The notes under the pieces are model-generated. The model saw nothing but the letters and a program-made list of their open reading frames with translations. It had not been told where the DNA came from and made no database searches. Below, piece after piece: positions 27,984 through 37,854 of a DNA stretch of 64,000 bases. This DNA comes from Candidatus Palauibacter sp. GTDB lineage: Bacteria; Gemmatimonadota; Gemmatimonadetes; Palauibacterales; Palauibacteraceae. Every line of letters begins with the position of its first letter. Positions within the stretch are counted from its first letter, which is position 1. The DNA lies in NCBI RefSeq assembly GCF_965221685.1, contig NZ_OZ244907.1. One strand, 5' to 3'. Both the position numbers and the translations under genes were made by a program.

Positions 27984-29600
27984 TTATCGTGCCTTGACGA
28001 GAGCTTCGCCTGCGAGGGCGTCCGTGAAGCGGCCCTCGTCGATCGCGAGCGTACCATTGACGAGGGAGTACTCGACCCCCTCGGCGAGACCGTGCGGGTC
28101 GTCGTATTCGGCGGTGTCGCGGAACCGTTCGAGGTCCACGACGATGACGTCGGCGACCGCGCCTGTTTCGAGCACGCCGCGACCTTCGATCCCGTACACG
28201 CGGGCCGGGAGCGCCGTCATGGCGTGAATCGCCTGTTCGAGCGAGGTGACGCCTTCCTCCATCACGTACTTGCGGATCCGCCGTGGAAAGGCGCCGAAGC
28301 CACGCGGGTGCGGGTGTCCTTCGCCCGGCACCCAGAGCGAACCGTCGGACGCGGTCATCATCCAGGGCTGCGCCATGAAGCGCTCGATGTCCTCGTCGTT
28401 CATGTTGAAGGAGGTCAGGCCGGTGCCGCCGCCGCCTCCACGCGCTTCCACGAGCAGGGCGAGCGCGGTCTCGATCGCGTCGACCCCGCGCTCCTCCGCG
28501 ACATCGGCCAGCGTCCGGCCCCCGTGCGGACCGCCCTGGAGCATGAGCCGGTCGGCCCCGCCCCGGCGATCGAGGTTCTCCCACATCTCCGGCACGAGCC
28601 GGGCGCGCTCGCCGGGGTTCTCGATGCGCTCGTACAGGTCGCCGCCCTCGCCCGCGAGCGCCCAGCGCGGGACCAGGGCCCCGATGATGCTCGTGCCGGA
28701 GGCCCCGTAGGGATACTGGTCGGCGTAGACCGCGAGACCCTCCGCCCGGGCGGCCTCGATGCGGCGGACGACCTCCACGGACTCGCCCCAAACGCGGGGG
28801 CCGAGCGCCTTGATGTGCGTGACGACGCCGGTGATCCCGGAGCCCCGCGAGATCTCGATGACCTCGTCCACGGCCCCGAGCAGGCCGATCGAATAGTCCG
28901 ACTCGTCGCGGATGTGGCTCTGGTACACGCCGCCGTGTCCGGCGGCGATCTTCGCGAGTTCGACGACCTCGCCGGTGGGGGCGTAGGACCCCGGCGAATA
29001 GTAGAGGCCGGAGGAGAGCCCGAACGCGCCCCCGTCCATCCCGTCGCGCACGAAAGTCCGCATGCGGTCGAGTTCCTCGGGCGTGGCCTCGCGCGCCTGC
29101 ATCCCGAGCACCGCGCGGCGGACGCTCCCGTGCCCGATGAGCTGCCCCACGTTCACGCCGACGCCGGGGTCCCGGATCCGCGCCCGCTGGTCGGCGAGGT
29201 CGACGGTGCCGCCGCCGTCGGGGTTCGCGAAGATCGTCGTGATCCCCTGCGCGAGGAGGGGACGCGCCGTCCGCAGTTGGTCGCGCAGCAGCGCCGGCAT
29301 GGCATGGGAGTGCGTGTCGATGAAGCCGGGGAAGACGTGCAGGCCGTTCGCGTCGATGACCCGGCCGGCGGTGGCCGCGCCCAGGTCGCCCACGGCGGCG
29401 ATCCGGTCACCGTCGACCGCGACGTCGCCCGCGCGCGCTGGCCCACCCGAACCGTCCACGAGGGTGCCGCCGCGGATGATGAGGTCGTAACTCTGCGCCA
29501 CGGCGGGTCGGGCGGCGGACGTCCCGGCAAGCAGGCCCGCCGCGGCGAGGAGGGCCGGGAGCGCCCGTCCGGCGTGGCGGCGCGGGGTTGGGGAAAGCAT
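27984..29600 (-). CDS. N-acyl-D-amino-acid deacylase (D-aminoacylase), amidohydrolase superfamily
   Basis: Signal peptide, then GFIDTHSHAMP metal-binding motif and co-linear D-aminoacylase blocks. Start at the Met before the signal; 29612 is an alternative. Confidence 0.8.
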   Translation of the reverse strand: MLSPTPRRHAGRALPALLAAAGLLAGTSAARPAVAQSYDLIIRGGTLVDGSGGPARAGDVAVDGDRIAAVGDLGAATAGRVIDANGLHVFPGFIDTHSHAMPALLRDQLRTARPLLAQGITTIFANPDGGGTVDLADQRARIRDPGVGVNVGQLIGHGSVRRAVLGMQAREATPEELDRMRTFVRDGMDGGAFGLSSGLYYSPGSYAPTGEVVELAKIAAGHGGVYQSHIRDESDYSIGLLGAVDEVIEISRGSGITGVVTHIKALGPRVWGESVEVVRRIEAARAEGLAVYADQYPYGASGTSIIGALVPRWALAGEGGDLYERIENPGERARLVPEMWENLDRRGGADRLMLQGGPHGGRTLADVAEERGVDAIETALALLVEARGGGGGTGLTSFNMNDEDIERFMAQPWMMTASDGSLWVPGEGHPHPRGFGAFPRRIRKYVMEEGVTSLEQAIHAMTALPARVYGIEGRGVLETGAVADVIVVDLERFRDTAEYDDPHGLAEGVEYSLVNGTLAIDEGRFTDALAGEALVKAR

Positions 29601-29715
29601 GTTGTCGTCCATGCGCTCGAATCTGTCGGATCGCACGCGACCCGCACAAGAAAGCGGTGCCCGCAGCGGGCCCGCACGGAGAAGGTTCCCGCAGGCACCC
29701 TCATCGGAGGCACTC

Positions 29716-31128
29716 ATGCGCCGGTATCGTTTTCCGCTCTCGCTCTCCCTCTCGGCCGGCCTCCCGCTGGCCGGGTTCGCGGCCGCCGTCTTCTTCGCGG
29801 CCGGAGTCTCCCTCGCGAAACCGGTCTCGCTCGAAGCGCAGGCGTTCGAGGACGCGCGCGGGGACATGTCCATCGCCCTCGCGGGCGACGCGATCATCTC
29901 GCGGAAGATGTCTCCCTACCGGGAGCCCGAGTTCCTCGCGCTGCGCGACATCATCCAGAGCGCGACCACCGCGTTCGTGAACCTCGAGATCCTGTTCCAC
30001 GACTACGAGGACGACGTGATCCCGGCGGCGGCGAGCGGCGGCACGTACATGCGCGCGGAGCCGGAGATCGCGCACGAACTCGCCTGGTTCGGGTTCGACA
30101 TGGTGAGCCTGGCGAACAACCACACGATGGACTTCGGCGCCGGCGGAGCGAGGCGCACCGTGGCGGCGGCCGAGGCGGCGGGACTCGCCGTTGCCGGCTT
30201 CGGCGAGAACCTCGCGCGGGCGCGAGCCCCGGCCTACGTGGACACGCCCGGCGGACGGGTCGCGCTGATCTCGATCGCCTCGACCTTCGCCGACGCGATG
30301 CGGGCCGGCCACCAGCGGCCCGACGTGCGGGGGCGGCCGGGGCTGAGCCCGATCCGCTACGAGCGGCACGTGACCGTGACGGCGGAGCAGATGGCGGGAC
30401 TCCGTGACGCGCTCTCGGTGGCGGGACGGGGCGGCGGCTCCGGCCCGAGGATGAACTTCGGCGGCATGACGTTCATGGTGGGCGACAAGCCGGGCGTGAA
30501 GACGGTGCCGCACGCCGGGGACCTGGCGGAGATCATCGAAGTCGTGAAGGAAGCGCAGCGTCAGGCCGAGTGGGTCATCGTCACGAGCCACTCGCACGAA
30601 GGCGCGGACCGCCGCGAGGTACCGGCGGACTTCCTCGTCGACGTCGCCCGGGCGACCGTCGACGCGGGCGCGGACATGTTCGTGGGCCACGGCCCCCACA
30701 TCCTGCGGGCGGTCGAGATGTACCAGGGCAAGCCGATCTTCTACTCGCTGGCGAACTTCGCCATGCAGAACGAGACGATCGAGTTCCAGCCGCAGGACAA
30801 CTACGAAGCCCAGGGTCTGGGGTACGAGGACCTTCCGGGCCGGTTCCAGGATGTGCGGATCGAGCGGGCCGGCGCCTCCTCCTTCCCGGCGGGGAAGGGG
30901 TTCTGGGAGAGCGTCGTTCCCGTCGTGGAGTACGAGGGCGGGAAGCTGAAGGAGGTCCAGCTCCACCCGATCACGATGGGCTGGCAGCTGCCGCGGCCGG
31001 TGCGCGGGCGGCCGATGATGGCCGACGACGCACACGGGCAGGAGATTCTCGAGGGTCTCGCGAAGCTCTCCGCCGAGTACGGGACGACGATGACGATCGA
31101 AAACGGCGTCGGCGTCATCCGACCCTGA
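29716..31128 (+). CDS. CapA-family (PGA_cap) metallophosphatase-fold protein
   Basis: Signal MRRYRFPLSLSLSAGLPLAGFAAA. DMVSLANNHTMDFG and TSHSHEGAD blocks typical of CapA. Confidence 0.75.
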   Translation: MRRYRFPLSLSLSAGLPLAGFAAAVFFAAGVSLAKPVSLEAQAFEDARGDMSIALAGDAIISRKMSPYREPEFLALRDIIQSATTAFVNLEILFHDYEDDVIPAAASGGTYMRAEPEIAHELAWFGFDMVSLANNHTMDFGAGGARRTVAAAEAAGLAVAGFGENLARARAPAYVDTPGGRVALISIASTFADAMRAGHQRPDVRGRPGLSPIRYERHVTVTAEQMAGLRDALSVAGRGGGSGPRMNFGGMTFMVGDKPGVKTVPHAGDLAEIIEVVKEAQRQAEWVIVTSHSHEGADRREVPADFLVDVARATVDAGADMFVGHGPHILRAVEMYQGKPIFYSLANFAMQNETIEFQPQDNYEAQGLGYEDLPGRFQDVRIERAGASSFPAGKGFWESVVPVVEYEGGKLKEVQLHPITMGWQLPRPVRGRPMMADDAHGQEILEGLAKLSAEYGTTMTIENGVGVIRP

Positions 31129-31156
31129 CGCCGGCTGTCGACCGGACGGGCGCTGG

Positions 31157-31891
31157 CTAGACCGGGGCGGGCGCGATCCTCTTGCGGGGCGGCGGATAGG
31201 CGCGTGCGGACGGCCGGAGGCCCGTCGCGGCGAACGACTCCGCCGCCTTGAGCGCGGCGAGGACGGGGTTGATGACGGGCACGCCGAGGCGCTCGGAGAG
31301 CTTCCGCGCCACGTCGAGGAATCCCATCGTCATGCAGCCCAGCACGAGCGTGTCGGCGCCGGCGCGCAGCGCCGCGTGAGCCTCCGTTTCGAGCGTTTCG
31401 AGCACCTGGTCCGCGCGCTGCCGCAGTTCGAGCACCGGGACGTCCACCGCCCGGATGTCCGCAACCAGTCCTTCGAGGCCGTAACCCCGCATCTGGCGAC
31501 GGATCGCCGGCACGACCTCCTCGACCACCGTGATGATCGCGAAGCGCTGCCCCATCTGCGCCGCGGCGAGCGCGCCGGCCTGGCCCGGGCCGATGACGGG
31601 GAAATCGACGAGTTCACGGGCCGGCGCGAGGCCGGGGTCGCCGAAACACCCGATGATCATCGCGTCGAACCCCTCCGCCTCGAGATGCGGCGCCGCCTTG
31701 AGGATGCCGGGTACCGAGAGATACTCCTCCGCGGACGACTCCACCGAGGCGGGGCCGTTCTCCGTCTCGCGAACGACGGCTTCCGTCCCGTGAAACGCAT
31801 GCTCGTTGAGGAAGGCCTGGCGCCGGACGAGTTCCTCCGGCCCGAGAGGGCCGCGGGACATCGGTCCGGGAAGAAAGTAGACAATGCGCAT
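31157..31891 (-). CDS. Asp/Glu/hydantoin racemase-family protein
   Basis: MIIGCFGDPGL and LVLGCMTMG, the paired catalytic Cys-region motifs of the Asp/Glu racemase superfamily. Confidence 0.75.
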   Translation of the reverse strand: MRIVYFLPGPMSRGPLGPEELVRRQAFLNEHAFHGTEAVVRETENGPASVESSAEEYLSVPGILKAAPHLEAEGFDAMIIGCFGDPGLAPARELVDFPVIGPGQAGALAAAQMGQRFAIITVVEEVVPAIRRQMRGYGLEGLVADIRAVDVPVLELRQRADQVLETLETEAHAALRAGADTLVLGCMTMGFLDVARKLSERLGVPVINPVLAALKAAESFAATGLRPSARAYPPPRKRIAPAPV

Positions 31892-31971
31892 GGTCGGATC
31901 CGTGGGGTTCAGGCTGCTGGATTGATTGGACGGAAGATGGGATGGAACCCGGCCGGATGGAACACGGCCGG

Positions 31972-33252
31972 ATGACGGGCGTCCGCCTCGAATCGAGAGA
32001 CCTCGCGCTCCTGGGGGGAGATGAGGGGGAGGGCGCGCGGCTCGCGATGTCGATCCTCGTGCGCATGGCCGACGTGGTCGGGGCGCGGGAACTGCTCGAC
32101 ATCACCGCGGCGCACATCGATTCGTCGCTCTATCAGGGACCCGCGACGCTCGAGTTCGCGGAACGGCTGGCCGACGGCGGGGCGCGGGTGCGGGTGCCGA
32201 CGACGCTCAACGTGTCGGGCGTGGACGAACACGGCTGGCGCGAGTGGGATGTGTCCGAATCCTGGGCGGCACCGGCGCGGCGCCAGATGGAGGCGTACGA
32301 GGCGATGGGCTGCGAACCCACCTGGACGTGCGCGCCGTACCAGACGCAGGCGCGTCCGGGGGTCGGAGAGCAGGTCGCGTGGGGCGAGTCGAGCGCGATC
32401 GTGTTCGCGAACTCGGTGCTGGGCGCGCGCACGGAGCGCTATCCGGACCTGCTGGACATCTGTTGCGCGGTCACGGGCCGGGCACCGGCCGCGGGACTCC
32501 ATTTGACCGGGAATCGGGCGGGGCAGGTGTTCGTCGACCTCTCCGGCGTCCCGCGGCGGCTCGCGGAGGAGCCCGCGCTGTATCCGGTGCTGGGACACTG
32601 GATCGGCCTGCGCGTGGAAGGGCGGATTCCGGTACTCGACGGACTCCCTGTCCGGCCGGGAGAGGACGACCTGAAGGCGCTTGGAGCCGCCATGGCTTCT
32701 TCAGGCGCCGTGGGCCTGTTCCACTGGGTCGGCCTCACGCCCGAAGCGCCGGATCTGGACGCGGCGTTTCAGGGGAGGGAACCGGCGACTCGCCTGCGGC
32801 CGGGGCCCGCGGCACTGCGGACGGCGCGGGACGAACTCGGCTCGGGACTTTCCGACGCGGAGGGCCTCGACCTCGTCGTGCTGGGGAGCCCGCACTTTTC
32901 GCTGTCCGAGTTCGCGGCGCTCGCGCGGCTCGTGAAGGGTCGCCGGCGTCACGCCGGTGTACGGATGCTGATCACGACGGGCCGCGCGGTGCGCGCGCTC
33001 GCGCGGGAGGCGGGATACCTCGACGCGATCGAATCGTTCGGAGGGGAACTGACCGTCGACACCTGCATCCTGACAACGCCGATGCTGCCGGAGAGCATCC
33101 GGCGGCTCATGACCAACTCCGCCAAGTACGCCTGGTATACGCCCGGCCTGCTCGAGCGCGCCGTCGCCTTCGGAAGCCTGGCGGACTGTGTGGAGTCGGC
33201 CGTCGCGGGTCGCGTCACGCGGGACGACGGCGCGTGGACCTCCGAGCCGTGA
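31972..33252 (+). CDS. aconitase X catalytic (large) subunit, AcnX/DUF521
   Basis: Co-linear AcnX blocks (DITAAHIDSSLYQG, TCAPYQ, ESSAIVFANSVLGARTERY). Earlier in-frame ATGs at 31942 and 31957 are also possible. Confidence 0.75.
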   Translation: MTGVRLESRDLALLGGDEGEGARLAMSILVRMADVVGARELLDITAAHIDSSLYQGPATLEFAERLADGGARVRVPTTLNVSGVDEHGWREWDVSESWAAPARRQMEAYEAMGCEPTWTCAPYQTQARPGVGEQVAWGESSAIVFANSVLGARTERYPDLLDICCAVTGRAPAAGLHLTGNRAGQVFVDLSGVPRRLAEEPALYPVLGHWIGLRVEGRIPVLDGLPVRPGEDDLKALGAAMASSGAVGLFHWVGLTPEAPDLDAAFQGREPATRLRPGPAALRTARDELGSGLSDAEGLDLVVLGSPHFSLSEFAALARLVKGRRRHAGVRMLITTGRAVRALAREAGYLDAIESFGGELTVDTCILTTPMLPESIRRLMTNSAKYAWYTPGLLERAVAFGSLADCVESAVAGRVTRDDGAWTSEP

Positions 33253-33689
33253 GCGATCGGTCGGCCGCGTCGGGCTCCGGTCCGCTGACCGGTCGCGCGC
33301 TCGTCGCGGGGACCGCGGAAGGCGCCGTGCTCTACTCGTCCGAGCCGCTCAGCTTCTGGGGCGGCTACGACGCGGAGACGGGGGAGATCATCGATCGGCG
33401 CCATCCGCTGGCCGGCCAGGTCGGCGCCGACCGCATCATGGCCATTCCGGCGACCCGCGGCTCCAGCACGACCACCGCCGTCCTCCTCGAGGCCATCCGT
33501 CGCGGCACCGCACCGGCCGCATTCCTGACCCGCGGCCCCGACACCTTCCTCGCGCTCGCCGCCATCGTCGCCGCTCAGCTCTACAACCGCGCTCCCCCCG
33601 TCATCGCCCTCGCCCCGGGAGATTTCGATGCCCTGCGGCGGATCCCTCGCGCCCGCGTCGAGCCGGCGGGCACGGTGCTGGCCCGCTGA
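33249..33689 (+). CDS. aconitase X swivel (small) subunit, DUF126
   Basis: GTG overlaps the large-subunit stop (GTGA). ALVAGTAEGAVLYSSEPLSFWGGYDAETGEI...IMAIPATRGSSTTTAVLLE is typical DUF126. Confidence 0.7.
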   Translation: MSDRSAASGSGPLTGRALVAGTAEGAVLYSSEPLSFWGGYDAETGEIIDRRHPLAGQVGADRIMAIPATRGSSTTTAVLLEAIRRGTAPAAFLTRGPDTFLALAAIVAAQLYNRAPPVIALAPGDFDALRRIPRARVEPAGTVLAR

Positions 33690-33821
33690 GGGCCTCCGGA
33701 AGCCGCCTTCCGGCGCTCCGGACCGTTGCCGGGCGGGGCGTCAGTCTGGTGGCATGGGCTCATGCTCATCATTCTAATTGTCCGGCGGCCCGGCCGGGGG
33801 CCGCCCCCCCGAACGGAGGGA

Positions 33822-34502
33822 ATGGAAATGGACTGGGACGCGATACTGCTCGAGCCGATCCGCGCTTTACTCGATCAACTGGTCGGGTTTCTGCCCAACC
33901 TGCTGGCCGTCCTGGCGATTCTGATCGGTGGCTGGATCGTCGCCAAGCTCATCAAGACGGGGCTCGTCCGGCTTCTCGGGGCGGTGAAGGCGGACAGCGT
34001 GGCCGAGAGGATCCAGTTGGCGGAGATGTTGGCCAGGGGAGGCATCGAACGCACGTTCTCCCAGTTGGTCGGAGCCCTGGCCTACTGGATCGTCATGCTC
34101 GTTGTGCTGGTGGCGGCGCTGAACGCCCTGCAGCTCACCGCGACCGCCGAGTTGCTCCAGCGGCTCGTCGGCTTCCTGCCCACGATCGTGACGGCCATCG
34201 TCGTCTTGATTCTCGGAATCCTGGCTGCCGGTTTTCTGGGGGCGACGGTCCGCGCCGTGGCCAGCAACGCGGGCATCGCGCAAGCTCAGGTGCTGGGGCA
34301 GTTCGCACAGGTCGTCGTCATCATCTTCGCCGTCGTGGTGGCCCTGCAGCAGGTGCAGGTCCAGTTCGTGGGCGACGCCTTCCTGATCATCCTCGCGGCC
34401 ATCGGCTTCGGCCTGGCTCTCGCGTTCGGGCTTGGATGCAAGGATCTGGCGGGCCGCTGGATGAGCGACCTGGTCGACCGCCTCTCGCCGCGAAAGGACT
34501 AG
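33822..34502 (+). CDS. membrane protein with conserved TM-helix repeats (MscS-N-terminal-like)
   Basis: Four to five TM helices with repeated LxxLVGFLPxxxxAxxILIxG blocks; no obvious channel domain. Confidence 0.45.
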   Translation: MEMDWDAILLEPIRALLDQLVGFLPNLLAVLAILIGGWIVAKLIKTGLVRLLGAVKADSVAERIQLAEMLARGGIERTFSQLVGALAYWIVMLVVLVAALNALQLTATAELLQRLVGFLPTIVTAIVVLILGILAAGFLGATVRAVASNAGIAQAQVLGQFAQVVVIIFAVVVALQQVQVQFVGDAFLIILAAIGFGLALAFGLGCKDLAGRWMSDLVDRLSPRKD

Positions 34503-34542
34503 CTGGTTCGGAGCTCGCCCGGCCGGTTCCGATCCGTCGCGT

Positions 34543-35985
34543 TTAGCGGCGGTAGTCGAGGGGCGGCGGGCGGTCGCCCAGCAGCGCCGAATACTCGAAG
34601 TCCTCGCCCCGGTGCGCCCGGAGTTCCTCCCACGCGGCGGCGATCACGTCGGGTGACTGAAAGAGTTCGATCGTCGTCAGGGCGAGCGTCTTCGCCGCGA
34701 CGATCATCCCCTTCGTCCCGATATCGGTGCCGCCGGCCGCGACCGCCTGCCAGCTGTGGGCCGAGGTCCCCGGCACCCAGGTGGCCGTCGACAGCCCTGT
34801 CGTCGGTACGACCCAGCTGACGTCGCCGACATCGGTCGATCCGCCGCCCGCGGGGTCGACCCCGAACTCCGCGATCTCGGCCTCCGAGCCCAGCGGCCAG
34901 GCCGAGCCGCCCACGAACGAGTCCTGGATCTTCATGGCGAAGGCCCGCTCGGCCTCCGTGTACTCCACGCCCCCGACCTTGCGCAGGTTGGCGTCCATCA
35001 CCTGTCCGAGAGCGACGTTGGGCACGAGGTCGTACAGCCCGTGGATGACCTCGTACTCCATCCCCGTCCCGGTACCCATCGCCGCGCCCTCGGCCGCGCG
35101 CGCCACGCGCTCGAACAGTCTGAGCACCGTGGGAGCGTCCGGGTGCCGCACGTAGTAGTAGACCTCCGCGAAGTCCGGCACGACGTTGGGCGCGAAGCCG
35201 CCCTGCGTGATCACGTAGTGGATGCGCGTCTCCTGCGGGACGTGCTCGCGCATGAGGTTCACCATGTGATTCATGGCCTCGACGCCGTCGAGCGCACTCC
35301 GTCCCCGCTCCGGCGCGCCCGCCGCGTGCGCGGAATAGCCCCGGAACCGGAACTTGGCCGACTTGTTGGCCAGCGAGCGCCCCACACGCGCGCTGTTCCG
35401 CGCCCCGGGATGCCAGTGCAGCGCCACGGCCACGTCGTCGAACAGGCCCGCGCGCACCATGTACACCTTCCCCGCGCCCCCTTCCTCGGCGGGCGTGCCG
35501 TAGAGCCGGATCGTCCCCTCATGGCCGGTCTCTTCCAGCCACTCCTTTACCGCGATGGCCGCCGCGACGGAGCCCGCGCCGAACAGGTGGTGTCCGCACG
35601 CGTGGCCCGCGCCTCCGATGATGATGGGGGAGCGTTCGGGCACCGCGTCCTGCGAGATGCCCGGCAGGGCGTCGTACTCGGCCAGGATCCCGATGATCGG
35701 GCCTCCGGAGCCGTAGCTCGCCACGAACGCCGTGGGCATGTCGGCGACCCCCGATTCGATGGAGAACCCGGCCGCCTCGAGTTCACCCTTGAGCAGTTCG
35801 GAACTCTTCTCCTCCTGGTAGCCGACCTCGGCCCACTCCCAGATCTGACGCGCCACGCTCCCGTAGTGGTCGCTGCGCGCCTCGATCGCAGCGATCTGCG
35901 TCTCCTGGGCCGCCGCGAGCGGCAGCGGGAATACGGCCACGAAGGCGCCGGCGAGGAGTCGGCGACGGCGGAGCTTCCTGTTCAT
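34543..35985 (-). CDS. M20D-family amidohydrolase (AbgB-like) with signal peptide
   Basis: GHACGHH metal-binding motif and M20 dimerisation region. Signal MNRKLRRRRLLAGAFVAVFPLPLAAAQ. Confidence 0.8.
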   Translation of the reverse strand: MNRKLRRRRLLAGAFVAVFPLPLAAAQETQIAAIEARSDHYGSVARQIWEWAEVGYQEEKSSELLKGELEAAGFSIESGVADMPTAFVASYGSGGPIIGILAEYDALPGISQDAVPERSPIIIGGAGHACGHHLFGAGSVAAAIAVKEWLEETGHEGTIRLYGTPAEEGGAGKVYMVRAGLFDDVAVALHWHPGARNSARVGRSLANKSAKFRFRGYSAHAAGAPERGRSALDGVEAMNHMVNLMREHVPQETRIHYVITQGGFAPNVVPDFAEVYYYVRHPDAPTVLRLFERVARAAEGAAMGTGTGMEYEVIHGLYDLVPNVALGQVMDANLRKVGGVEYTEAERAFAMKIQDSFVGGSAWPLGSEAEIAEFGVDPAGGGSTDVGDVSWVVPTTGLSTATWVPGTSAHSWQAVAAGGTDIGTKGMIVAAKTLALTTIELFQSPDVIAAAWEELRAHRGEDFEYSALLGDRPPPLDYRR

Positions 35986-36134
35986 GACGGGGGACCTGGC
36001 TGACATGGACATGCTCTGGAACTCCTCGAAGAGGGACGGATAGAACGGTCTGTAGAAGCTGGCCCGGCGAACCGCGTCTGGCTAGCCTTGGTCGCCATTT
36101 CTCGTACCGGTCACGGGGGTTGGGGGTGGAGAAG

Positions 36135-36998
36135 ATGAAGTCGTGGATCGTGCTTGCCCTGGCTGCGGCGCTGACCGCCGCGCCCGTCGCGTCGCTCCAG
36201 GAAGAAGTCCAGGAAGAAGCGGAAACCATCTGGTCCTACAACGCCGAGCTGAGCCTGCTCTTCACCTCGGGGAACTCCACGGTGCGCACGTTCGGCCTCG
36301 GCGGCGGAGCCCGGCGCGAGTGGGGCGGCGGAGAACTGTCGCTGAGCGCGGGAGGTCTTCGAACCGAGTCCGGCACGACCCGGCGCGTCGCCGTGGGGAC
36401 TCCCGACAACTTCACCGTGGCGAGCGACTCCGATCCCGAGCCGACGGCCGAGAACTACTTCGCGCGGGGCGAATTCCAGCGTTCGTTCTCGGATCACGTC
36501 CACCTCACGGCCGGCGCCGGCTGGGAGCGGAATACCTTCGCCGGGTACGAGAGCAAGCTCTCCCTGGTCGGCGGCATCGGAAACACGTGGATCGACGACG
36601 AGAGGACCCGGCTCAAGAGCGACTACGGGGTCACGCTCACCGCCCAGAACGATGTCGTCGACGACCCGGGCAAGAGTTCGACGTTCGGCGGCATCCGCGT
36701 TTCCACGAACTTCCGGCGCCAATTGACGGAGACGGCCAACCTCGAGAGCACGCTGACGCTGGACGAGAACCTCACGGATGCCACGGACATCCGTGCCGAC
36801 CTCGCCAACTCGCTCGCGGTCGACATCAACAGTTCGCTGGCCGTGAAGACGGGCCTCCGGCTCGCCTGGGACAACGCGCCGGCGCTGACGCGGGCGCCGC
36901 TGGAAGAGCCCGGGGGGACTCCGACCGGGGAGACAGTCCTCGTCCCGCGCCACAAGCTCGACTCCACGCTGACGATCGCGCTCGTCGCGAACTTCTAG
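36135..36998 (+). CDS. DUF481 (YdiY-like) outer-membrane beta-barrel protein
   Basis: Signal MKSWIVLALAAALTAAPVAS. Alternating-strand pattern, C-terminal ...LVANF. Confidence 0.6.
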   Translation: MKSWIVLALAAALTAAPVASLQEEVQEEAETIWSYNAELSLLFTSGNSTVRTFGLGGGARREWGGGELSLSAGGLRTESGTTRRVAVGTPDNFTVASDSDPEPTAENYFARGEFQRSFSDHVHLTAGAGWERNTFAGYESKLSLVGGIGNTWIDDERTRLKSDYGVTLTAQNDVVDDPGKSSTFGGIRVSTNFRRQLTETANLESTLTLDENLTDATDIRADLANSLAVDINSSLAVKTGLRLAWDNAPALTRAPLEEPGGTPTGETVLVPRHKLDSTLTIALVANF

Positions 36999-37037
36999 GG
37001 GCAACGCGGCAGGGGTTTCGCCACGGACTGCCAAGCG

Positions 37038-37778
37038 TCAGAAGAGGCCGAGCTGGTCGGGGGACGCGTCGCCCACCGGGGGGCGGTCGCGCCAGCCCGA
37101 CGCTCCCCGGATCGGGGCGCTCCGCGGCTCCGCGCAGTCCGCATCGTCGACGGCCACGCGATTCACCCGTCGGCTGACCGCGAACACCTCGAGCGCCTCC
37201 GCGTCGAACGGTTCAAGCGGTTCCATGGTGCGCTCGGAGATGTCGAGGTCGAGCCACACCTGCGCGCCCTCGCCCTCGAGGATGACGGGCATGCGACCGT
37301 GCAGCGGTTCGAGCAGCTCGTTCGCGTCCGTCGTGATGATCGTGCAGGAGGGGATCCGGCCGTCCGGTCCCCGCCACACGTCCCACAGGCCCGCGAGCGC
37401 CATCGGTCTCCGGTCGCGGCGCCGGATGAAGTACGGCTGCTTCAGGCCGCCCTCCTTCCGCCATTCGTAGAAGCCGTCGGCGAGAACGGCGCAGCGGCGG
37501 TCGATGACGAGGTCTCGAAACGCACGCCGGGTTTCGAGCGACTCGGAGCGGGCGTTGATCATCGGCGGGAGCGAAGTGCGATCCTCGATCCAGTTCGGGA
37601 TCAGTCCCCAGCGAAGGGGAACGAGTTCGCGTCCGCCGGTGCTCCGGCGTAGCGCGATGACTTCGTCCGTCGGCGCCACGTTGTAGCGGGCGGACCATTC
37701 CTCGAGCCGCGAAGGATCGGCCTCGAAGAGTTCGGCCAGGTCCGGAACCGGGGTCTGAAGGCTGAAGCGTCCGCACAT
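37038..37778 (-). CDS. SOS-response-associated peptidase (SRAP/YedK, abasic-site crosslinking)
   Basis: N-terminal MCGRF catalytic Cys2; DGFYEW, PMALAGLW blocks. Confidence 0.85.
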   Translation of the reverse strand: MCGRFSLQTPVPDLAELFEADPSRLEEWSARYNVAPTDEVIALRRSTGGRELVPLRWGLIPNWIEDRTSLPPMINARSESLETRRAFRDLVIDRRCAVLADGFYEWRKEGGLKQPYFIRRRDRRPMALAGLWDVWRGPDGRIPSCTIITTDANELLEPLHGRMPVILEGEGAQVWLDLDISERTMEPLEPFDAEALEVFAVSRRVNRVAVDDADCAEPRSAPIRGASGWRDRPPVGDASPDQLGLF

Positions 37779-37854
37779 GGGAGCAACCTAACGACGCCGG
37801 CGCGATCCGCGGACCCCCGTTGCGGGTCCCGGCGCCCGCGCCGACAATCCTCCG

